Shown here: positions 54,323-64,000 of the stretch, piece by piece | How the letters are laid out: every line of letters begins with the position of its first letter | How positions within the stretch are numbered: the stretch's first letter is position 1 | Source: the human T2T-CHM13v2.0 reference genome, Homo sapiens | Reading direction: 5' to 3' (one strand) | Length of the DNA: 64,000 nucleotides | Assembly: GCF_009914755.1 (NCBI RefSeq) | Contig: NC_060926.1 | Translations under genes and position numbers: made by a program | Notes under the pieces: model-generated | Seen by the model: the letters and a program-made list of their open reading frames with translations, nothing else | Told to the model about the DNA's origin: nothing | Databases searched by the model: none

Positions 54323-55745
54323 AGCTCACCCGTGGTGGGAGGGTGGCGTCTGATGGGGGTGGGTGGAAATGGCTCATCTTGGCATCCATGCAGCAAACCC
54401 CACAGCCCAGGAACCCCAGAGGGGAAGGGACAGGTGTCCAGTGTCCACCGGGATGGCAGGAGTGGAGCTGGGGTGCCGGGCAGGGAGGTCCACAGAACTC
54501 CATGTGGGGCTTCATCCTCAGTCCCTGGGCCCCTTTGGTGCCCACCCCTGCTGGCCCCCTGACTGCACGCAGCTCATTGAGGAAGGCAGGGTGGCAGACT
54601 CGTGGCGTGTGGTGCTAGAACAGGCCCCAGATACCCACAGAACACGCCTCAGAGAGGCTGCAGACCTGCCCACAGCCACACCGCCAGACAGCTGGCCCTC
54701 CACTCTAATCTTCTGACCCCACTATGCCCTCCTGCCCACACGGGCCTATGTCTTGGGTTTCTTTGATAGAGAAGAAAATTCTCCTAGGATACAAGAGCCT
54801 CAACATTTTAAAGATTTTCTGCATCTCAAAAGCGTAGGCTCCTTGCTGGGCAAGGTGAGCCTCTGTGAGTCCTCATAGGACCGAGCAAATCTGATTCACC
54901 CCAGAAAATCCAATATCGAAGCTGAGCTTTGGCCTGAGCGGGTTCCATTTCCTCCCCAGATCCTATTTAGGAAGTGTCTCCTGACAACCTCCAAAAGGTG
55001 CTAACATGCAACGTTCTGAAGGGTTATTGCTCAAAAACAAGATTTTCCTTGTGGTCAAGACTCTGCGAGCCTCGAACACGATGAATCCGCTCGAATGGGC
55101 TTGGGCTTTGCCCGGGTGGCGCACGCTCACACGCTGGAAGCACAGCTTTGACGATCTCCACACACGCACAGGCACACACGCCACAGATGATGCCGGCTCA
55201 TTCTCAGGGGGTGTCTAAGTTCTGCTTTAAATATTTACCCCCTAATTGTACAAACAATAGGGGCATGAGCCTGGTACTCGATAAATGGGGACTTCCTTAA
55301 AAGGACGCCTGCTATCTTTGACATTTTACAACAAAGCTTTTACTGTTGAAGAGCGATTGCATATAGAAAAGCCTCTTCCTGGCGGTCTCAGCAAGGTGAA
55401 CTTTCGGGACACAGCCACAGACAGGGAGAAGGCCTCTGAGAAATCCAGACAGCGGTCCCAGAACTCGAGCATTCGGCCAGAAAAACGGCCACTCAGGGCA
55501 GTGCTGACCTGTGCTGCAAGGAAAGGTAAATTTTCCGCCTTCACAGATCTGTTTTCCTGTCTGTTATTTCTCCCTGGGAACCTCCAATTCTGTTCTTGTT
55601 TCTCAAGACGGCCTTAGTGGAAGCAGCACGAGGTCATGGCCTCTGCATTAACAGAGGCCACCTGCACAGAAGACGCCACGGTGGCAGGACCTTGGTGTCC
55701 TTAGAGCCCTAGACACCAGGCCAGAGCCTTCCGGGGGCCCCAGGC

Positions 55746-55950
55746 CGGTGGGGTGCCACTGAGTGTTTAGCAACCAGCTCTCCAGAAGAAAAAGGGCCTG
55801 GTTTTTACCTTGTGCCAATTTCTGTAGTGTAAACACTCCCACCACGGCAGGTTTCAAGCCACCCACGTGAGCTCACTTGGCGTGGAGTTGGAAAGAGACA
55901 CCCGTGATCCATTCCTGCAGGCGGGGGGAGCTGGCACCGGCATGCCACAG
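55746..55950 (-). mobile_element. MER63-like (hAT-Blackjack) MITE
   Basis: TGTTTAGCAACCAGCTCTCCAG...GTGTAAACACTCCCACCACGGCAGGTTTCAAGC...GGAGTTGGAAAGAGA resembles reverse-complement MER63A. Confidence 0.75.
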
Positions 55951-56066
55951 CAGGCTGTGGGTTTGGAAACTCGAGGACTGTGTGCTCCTTTTGAAAAGAA
56001 GTCCTTACTTCTCCCAGGTGAGGCCTGTCACCCCAGTTATCAGTGATCTGAGAGAACTCGAGAGCA

Positions 56067-56137
56067 TGTGTGTGTGAGTGTGTGTGTGTGAGAGAGAGAG
56101 AGAGAGCGAGAGAAAGAGAGAGAGAAAGACAGAGAGC
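56067..56137. repeat. (TG)n(GA)n microsatellite
   Basis: Direct inspection. Confidence 0.9.
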
Positions 56138-59100
56138 TAGAGTCTGACACTGAGGTGTGAGGTGGTGGGGGCCTGCAGTGCTGGGAGCTAAGGTGGAGAG
56201 CTCACCTGCTCTGTGGGGTGTCCTGTTCTCCGGGGCCCTGGGCAGGCCTGTTGGACGGGGCTTAGCAACCACATTTTGTCCGTCATTTCCTGTGGGGATA
56301 CTGCCCTGACTTCAGAGCCCTGTGGTCGGGGTGGGAGGAGACACCCGAGCTCTGTTCGTCCATCCATGAGAAGGACCCTGACCTGTCCATCTCCCGCACC
56401 GCCCCTCTGCCCCTCCACCCCTCAGGTCTGCTGGCAGGCAGAGTTTCCAGTCCTGATGTTTTTAGAGTCAGGATTAGCTCACTCTGCCCTCCTGCCAGAG
56501 ACCCTCTCAGCTTTTTGGAAATCACTTTGGGCCAGAGAGATGAGATCATGCTACGTGTCTTCAGTTGCAGGTGGATGGATGACAAGGGGCCCCACAGCAG
56601 GAGTCCCATCAGGGTCGCTGTGTCCTCCCCATGCCCAGGGTGACCATGGGTCACCCACCCCAGATCGGAGGCTGGCACTGGCTCCCACCCCAGATCCAAG
56701 GCTGGCACTGGCTTCCCGGCACTGGCAGGGGGTGTCACCTGCACTGCCGGGTGCTTGGTGGGTGACGGGTCTGCTTGAGAGTTCATTTCTCTTTTCCTTT
56801 CCTCTCTCATTTCTCCAGAAAGGGGGTGTGTGTTTGGGGGTGCTTAGGACTTGATCTGGGCAGTGGACTCCATCCCTCGGTCCAGTAGGCAGTGGGGGGC
56901 GGGGGGCATCACGGCGGGGCTGCTGCCATCTGGCCAGGAGAAGTGGGGATCTGGGGACACACAGCTCCTCTCCTGCTCATAAAGGTTGTTGGGTTTGTTC
57001 CCTGAGCCACCAAGCAGAGGAGGAGAAAGACGCAAGGAAGACAGACATTGGCTCAATATGGCTCATGGAGAGCCCTTGATTGCAAAGGGGCCGTGGGAGA
57101 AGGTCTCGAGTTTCTGCCATTGAGGGGTGAGCAGAAGAGAGGCGGAGCTTGCAGGGCCCATGACTGTGGAGGGAAGGGCAGTCAGGTAAGGCGGTTCCTA
57201 ACTCACCGCAGGGCAGATGCTGTGAGGACCCAGCTCGGGATGTTCCACAGCCATAGCCGTCCCCTGGTTTCTGGGGTCCCCGCCTCGTGGCCCCCCACAG
57301 TCCCAGACCTAGAGTGGCCCGCGCCTAGTTTTCCCCGGGATCTGGCTTAGTGTTCTGTCCTGCAACCCAAGTGTGCTGCAGCACGTCTTGAAAATCTTGA
57401 AAGGAAAGGTTTGAAAATCTTACAGGAAACGTCACGTGGACGAGGTGGACACAGCGCTCGTTCGCCCTCCTGCACGTCCGCTGAGCCGCAGGGACAGGCA
57501 ACACGCTGTGGCGAGTCCTCAGACAGGCCCCGCCTCAGGCTCTGCCTTCATGATTTCCACTTGCCAGAGTGACATAATGACACTGGGGAATCCGGTCATT
57601 TTCTCCAAACTTCAAGTGAGGCGTCTTTATTAGCAGGTGCTAAACTGCCTCTCCAGATGCTGAATAGTAACAATGAGCTCCATTACCATCGCAACAGCTG
57701 TCATTTTTGAGGAAATGAAAAACATTAATAACTACTACCAAAAGCTAAAAAACAAAGCCAAACAGAAAACACAGCAGCCCCCAAAGGCTTGAAATTACCA
57801 ATATGGGAGAAGAGCCTGCTAGGCCCAGACAGCCCAGGGGCCTCCTCCTGGAGGGCAGCACCTCCTCCCTGGGGAGAGCCACGGTCAGAGCGGCCTCCTC
57901 CCAGGACGAAGTGTTGGGCTTTGGGGCTCAGTGAGAGGGATGTGCCCAAGGGAGGGAACCGGATAGGGTGCCAGGAAACCCTTCAGAGCGCATGTCCTTA
58001 TGAGCTGGAGACGAAGCTGAGCAAAGTGTCCACACACACGTGCACCCTCGCACACGCATACACATATGGGCAGCCCCACGCGGCGGCTACCCCCACGGTG
58101 CACGCTCACACTCTGTGTGTGAAGGCGCACCTGGGGTCTAGGCCACAGAGGCCGGCCGGGTGCCTGCAGACAAAAGGTGGCCGTGTTTGGCTGTGCAGGA
58201 CATCGGCTGCTGACTTGGATGGAAACGTTTCAGGGAGCTGAGAGGATTTGGTGGCCCAAGTGCTTAGGTAAAAAAACAGATATATTAACCGGGCCAACCT
58301 CCCTCTCAGAGACCATGAGTGGAAGTGATTCTTGCCAAACAAAATGTCATTTCCAAGTAGTGATTTAATTTTCAAAAATTTAAATTAAAGTCAGCTTTAC
58401 TAAAGTAATTTTGATTTAAAATGTCAACATTTATTATAGGTTGTATTTTGCCACAAATTTTAATAAATCATTAAAATTTTTAGAATAAAAAGTTTGAAAA
58501 ATAAAAGTATATATGGTTTGGTTTTTATGTACTTGATTAAAATATTTCACTGAAAACACATGCAGGTGTGCACCTGTTCGCATGTATATGTGAGCATGTG
58601 CACACAGGTGAAGCAGTGACCACACAAACACGTGCACACACACATGCACCCACCGACTTGCACCCACCCATGGGGACACATGGGCCACGTGTGCACATAC
58701 CAGCCTTCGGGCTGGAGGACGGCAGGATCAGGAGTGGGAGAGAGTGAGGAATCGGAGAGGCTGGGAGGAGGGGAGGTGTCGGAAGGCCAGGGCCTGTGCC
58801 GGCCTGTGCAGGGCTTCTGCTCCAGAGCCGGGGTCAGGGCTGGAGCAGGGAGGGCTTGGGTTGTGCAGCTCCAGGCAGCTGTAGGGTGCAGGATGGTGGG
58901 GAAGCGGCTGGGGAGTGAGCACGCCCCTCTTGCTGAGTCCCTTCAGAGGAGACGTGTGGGTAGGGGAAGGTCCCCCCTTTCTGCTTCCTCTTCTGCCCCT
59001 CCTTTGGCTGCTGCAGCGCCCTGTGGCGGTGGTGCCCTGGGACCCAGCCTCCCTTCTCTCTGCGAGTCTCCATGGCTGGTCACCTGCCCCTCGTGTGGAG

Positions 59101-60171
59101 CCAGGGCCCACTGGGTCATCTTTATTCCCTTGAACTCATTCTGGACGTGGCTCTGGGTGCAGGGTTTATGCAGTGAACCGACTTCATTGCGGTGGCCTTC
59201 CTTGCATCCTTTCTTTGGGAGAGGCAGACATCCTCCAGAAATAAAGCTCACACCCCAGCTTCATGCGGAATCTCCCCGAGAGCATGCTATTCAGAATAGC
59301 AGTATCAAGTTGGGGCTAAATGAGTCCAGCACTTCCAAATTAGCATTTTTTAGGAAAAAATGTGCCTCATGCCAGCTTGCAGATTCCATAAGTTTCCGTT
59401 TAATCTTAAACTAAATTTAAAGAGGATTTAATTAGCAATTCATTTCTTTCTCTTTATTTTTGTGTTTCTCTTGAAATGAGATTTGAAATGGAATCTTTTT
59501 TCTGTCCCAGGGCACAGTGTTAAGTCTGATTTCCAGCGGTGATAACAGAGGAAGCCTCCCTGGTGCACCTCTCTGTATGGACGTGTGTGTGGGTAAAACT
59601 GCGGCTTTCTTTCCTTAATGAACCAGCAGAGCCTCCTCCACTCCCTACCTTGGCCAACGCCCTGCACCCTCCTCACGCTCCAGCCTGGGGCAGCCGGTCC
59701 CTGCCCATCTTCCCACTCAGGGTGTTTCCTGATTCGCCGAGGGAAAGGGGTGCCTGTTGCCAGCTTGCTCTGTGGTCATCCCGACCCTCCCTGGCCTCTC
59801 CTGGGCTGAGGTGGGCAGGGGCCTTTCTCTGGTGTCCTCGGCCTCTCCCGGCTGCACCACGGGCAGGTGCCCTAACCCAGTCTGTGTTGATTTGGCCAAC
59901 TAAAGCCACCCTTGATTTCGTCTCATGCTCAGGCTGTGTGAGCTCACCAGCTGCGGGGGTGGAGTCTTCACTTCGAGGATTCCCTGCAGGTTCAGTGTGA
60001 CCCTTAACACAGGTGGGTCTCCGGAAGCAGCCACCCAGGAGCAGTCTCCCAATCTGACCTGAGGGTCTTCCACACTCCATGCAGGGGTGTATGTGTGCAT
60101 GAGTGTGTGCACACGTGAGTGTGTGCACACGTCAGTGCGTAGGTGCCCACGTCAGCGCGTGGGTGCCCTCA

Positions 60172-60561
60172 TGTATTAGTCCACTGTCACACCGCTATAA
60201 AGAACTACCTGAGACTGGGTAATTTATGAAGAAAAGAGGTTAAATTAACTCACAGTTTTGCAGGCTTAACAGGAAGCATGGCTAGAAGGCCTCAGGAAAC
60301 TTACGACCATGGCGGAAGGCAATTGAAAGCAGGCATTTCTTACAGGGTGGAGCAGGAGACAGAAAGAGAGAAAGAGCAAAGGGGGAAGCCCCACACATGT
60401 TCACACAATCGGATCCGTGGAGAACTCACTCATCAGCACGAGAACAGCAAGGGAACTCCGCCCCCATGATCCAATCACCTCCCACCAGGCCCCTTTCCCG
60501 ACACGTGGGGATTACAATTTGAGATGAGATTTGGCTGGGGACACAGAGACAAACCATATCA
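60172..60561 (-). mobile_element. MSTA-like solo LTR
   Basis: TGTATTAGTCCACTGTCACACCGCTATAAAGAACTACCTGAGACTGGG...AAACCATATCA; TSD CCTCA/CCTCG. Confidence 0.92.
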
Positions 60562-60564
60562 CCT

Positions 60565-60976
60565 CGAGTATGCGTGCTCTGCGTGCATGTGTGAGGTGAT
60601 ATGGTGTGGCTCTGTGTACTTGTGCATATGAGTGTGTGCATGTGATGTGTGCATATGTATGTGCATGTGATGTGTGCATATGTATATGTGCGTGCACATG
60701 AGTGCATATGTAAATGCACTTGTATGTGTGCATGCATGATGTGCACATATGTGTGTGGGTGTGTGCACATGTATACATGTATGCTTACACATGCGTGCAT
60801 ATAAGAGTGCGTGCATGTGATGTATGCATATGTATGTGTGCATGCACATAAGTACATATGTAAATGCACGTGTACGTGTGCATGCATAATGTACACATAT
60901 GTGTGTGGGTGTGTGCAAACGTGTACGTGTGTGTTCACACATGTGTGCATATATATGGGTGTGTGTGCATGTGTGC
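60565..60976. repeat. Alternating purine-pyrimidine low-complexity tract containing a 150-bp tandem duplication
   Basis: 60661-60810 and 60811-60960 align (GTGCATGTGATGT...CATATGTAAATGCAC...CATATGTGTGTGGGTGTGTGCA). Confidence 0.9.
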
Positions 60977-61199
60977 AGTGGGACTCCAGTTCTGAGGGCA
61001 GCTGGTGGCGAGGCAGGCCTACAGCAGCAGCTCGGGCAAGACCTACACTGAGGTCTCCAAACAGAGCTTTCCCCTTCTTCACATGGCCCCTGGCTGTGCC
61101 CACCTTCTGCTCCAGGCAGGTGCCGGGGTGGCTGGTGCAGAGGGGTGGAGCTTTGTCTGCAGCTCACTGACGTTCTGTGATTTTCCACTAGTTTTTCCC

Positions 61200-62176
61200 C
61201 CTGTGTTTCACTGGTGCAAGTTCCCATTGCTCTGTTTTCAGTTCGCCCGTCTTTCCCTTTGAGTCTCATCTGCTGCTAATCCCTCCAGGGTGGTTTTCAT
61301 GTCAGAGTTAGGGTTGACATCATTGTTGTTTCCTCTAGAAGTTTCCTGGTTGTTTATTTACTTTTTTTGGTATCTTCCATGGCTTAACATGATCAGTCTT
61401 TCCTCTAGCTTCTTGAACAAACAGATATAGTAATTCTTTTATTATCTCTATCTAATTATGTGTTATTTCTGAATTGATTTCAAATGGTTTCTCTCCTCAC
61501 TGTGGGTCATATTTTCCTGCTTCTTTGTATGCTTGGTAATTTTTCACAGGATGCCAGACGTTGTAAATTTTGCCTTGTTGGGTGCTGGATATTTCTGTAG
61601 TCCTGTGAGTATTCTTGGGTTTTGTTCCAGGAGACAGTGAAATTATTGGAAATGGCTTAACCCTTTTAGATGTTGCTTTGTTAGGTGAGACCAGGGAAGC
61701 ATTTACTCTAGGGTGAATTTTGCCCCACTCCTGAGGCAAAACCCTCTGTGTTTTCAACCCAATGGCCTACGAATGACAAAGTCTTCCACCCTGGCCACCC
61801 CTGACTCTGCGTGAGTTTCAGGCATGCTTCCCTCTACTCCTTTCGAGTGGCTCTTTCCCCAGGGTTGGGCAGTTTCCTCACATACATTTATGGGAATGAG
61901 GCGGAGGCCTGGGGGGCCTTCTGCAGCTCTCTGGAGTTCTGTCTTTGCAGCTCCTCCTCTCCAGGACTCTGGCATGAGAACACCAGCCTTCTCTGTCTGT
62001 TTGAACATCAGCCTCCACCCCCCGCCGCTTAGAGGGGGTCTTCAGGCTCTGCTTGAGCCCCCTCCCTGTCCTGCAGCCTAGAGGTAACCATGGGCCTCTC
62101 TTCTTTTGATTCTTATCTCAAGGACTGCTGTCCTCTGTTGCCTGATGTCCAATGTCTTAAAAACTACTGTTTCTTT
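61200..62176 (-). mobile_element. Old L1M 5' region
   Basis: GTGGGTCATATTTTCCTGCTTCTTTGTATGCTTGGTAATTTTT...GATGCCAGACGTTGTAAATTTT...TGTTGCCTGATGTCCAATGTCTTAAAA. Confidence 0.75.
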
Positions 62177-62485
<309 letters not shown>

Positions 62486-62868
62486 TTAGTTTTTTAGTTT
62501 TTTTTTTTTTTTTTTTTTTTGGTTTTTAGTTGCTTAAGGCAGGAAGGTAAACCTGCTGCTGCCCCTCATGAAATCTTGGCCAGAAGCAGAATCCTATCTA
62601 CAAGTTTAGGCAGTTGAGATTTATCCTGAAGGTCATGGAAACACTGAAGCAAGCATCTCAGTCCCTCAGCTCAAGGCTGTGTGGCTGGGTCCTAATAGAA
62701 CAATTCTTTCTCCCTAGTGCACACCTGTGGTTTACTGGACATTCCACCCATGCGGGCAACTGCACAACTAGGATTCTAAGGGCAAACTTTTGCTTGTAGC
62801 TTGCAGAAGTGGCCATTCGACCATAGACCATGCAATGGAGAGACTGATTAGGGATAACACAAGGCTGT

Positions 62869-63225
62869 GTGAAAGACTGAACGTTTGTGGCCCCCTGAAA
62901 TTCATACATTAAAACCTAATCGCCAGTGTGATAGTATTTGGAGGTGGGACCTTTGGGCAATGATCAGGTCATGAGGAATCTGCTCTCACGAATGGGACTC
63001 GTGTTTTTATCAAATAGGCCCCAGAGAGCTCCTTTGCCCCTTCCACCACGTGGGGCCGCAGTGAGAAGGCGCTGTCCATGAACCAGGAAGTGGGTTCGCA
63101 GACAGGAACTGCTGGTGCCTTGATTTGGACTTCTCAGCCCCCAGAACTGTGAGCAATATCTGTCTGTTGTTTCTAAGCCACGCAGTCTATAGCATTTTGT
63201 CCTAGGAGCCTGAATGGAGTGACAC
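62869..63225 (+). mobile_element. MLT1A-like MaLR solo LTR
   Basis: GACTGAACGTTTGTGGCCCCCTGAAATTCATAC...GTGATAGTATTTGGAGGTGGGACCTTTGGG...CAGTCTATAGCATTTTGT. Confidence 0.85.
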
Positions 63226-63372
63226 AACTGGTGGTAGAGGCTTCTGGCTGTCCTTGAATTTATGAAAAGGAATAGATAACAACATGAGCTTTAAGACCCC
63301 TGCAAAAACCGAAGTATAATCCTCCCCTAAAAGTTGGGGGCCTCTGCCTCCCCCAGCCTGAGGTGACCTTGA

Positions 63373-63760
<388 letters not shown>

Positions 63761-63879
63761 TAATATATTTCAAAACTAGAGTGATGGACTTCTCTTCCTC
63801 AGAGGTGGACGTGACTGTCCTGACACAGCCACATTGCACTTAGAGTTCTAGGAGGTAACTCGTATTTTCTTGATTATTT

Positions 63880-63940
63880 GCTTGTTAGAATGTAAACCTG
63901 ACACATAGTAGTTGTTCAAGAATATTTGTTGAATGAATTA
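63880..63940 (+). mobile_element. L2 3' terminus
   Basis: CCTGACACATAGTAGTTGTTCAAGAATATTTGTTGAATGAAT. Confidence 0.7.
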
Positions 63941-63971
63941 GTGTTGCTCAAAGCTAGGTTTTTAATGAACC

Positions 63972-64000
63972 GGTATGGTTTGGCTCTGTGTCCCCACCCA
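63972..64000 (+). mobile_element. Start of a THE1/MST LTR (runs off window)
   Basis: GGTATGGTTTGGCTCTGTGTCCCCACCCA. Confidence 0.8.

Overview
Hominid (human-like) non-coding genomic DNA: a hominid-specific SVA occupies 1-1023, and the rest is a GC-rich, repeat-dense intronic or intergenic stretch (Alu, old L1, L2/MIR, MaLR/ERVL solo LTRs, hAT MITEs). I recognise no known protein-coding exon or RNA gene and cannot name the locus. The long ORFs in the track come from SVA/Alu, simple repeats, minisatellites or GC-rich chance. The most notable structures are (i) minisatellites whose units each carry a canonical transcription-factor motif: a 22-bp x37 array with 30 perfect CCAAGGTCA (NR5A/ERR-type) sites, a 35-bp x13 array with 10 CCAAT boxes next to TGACAG, and a 37-bp x8 array with AGGCCT; (ii) a 138-bp, 95%-identical inverted repeat around a 452-bp spacer; (iii) an exact 30-bp dispersed direct repeat; (iv) an Alu with a template-switch duplication inside one 15-bp TSD; (v) a TATA/Kozak-ATG/splice arrangement that could give a small 103-aa ORF. 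Repeat subfamily calls are from memory of consensus sequences, and many boundaries are approximate.
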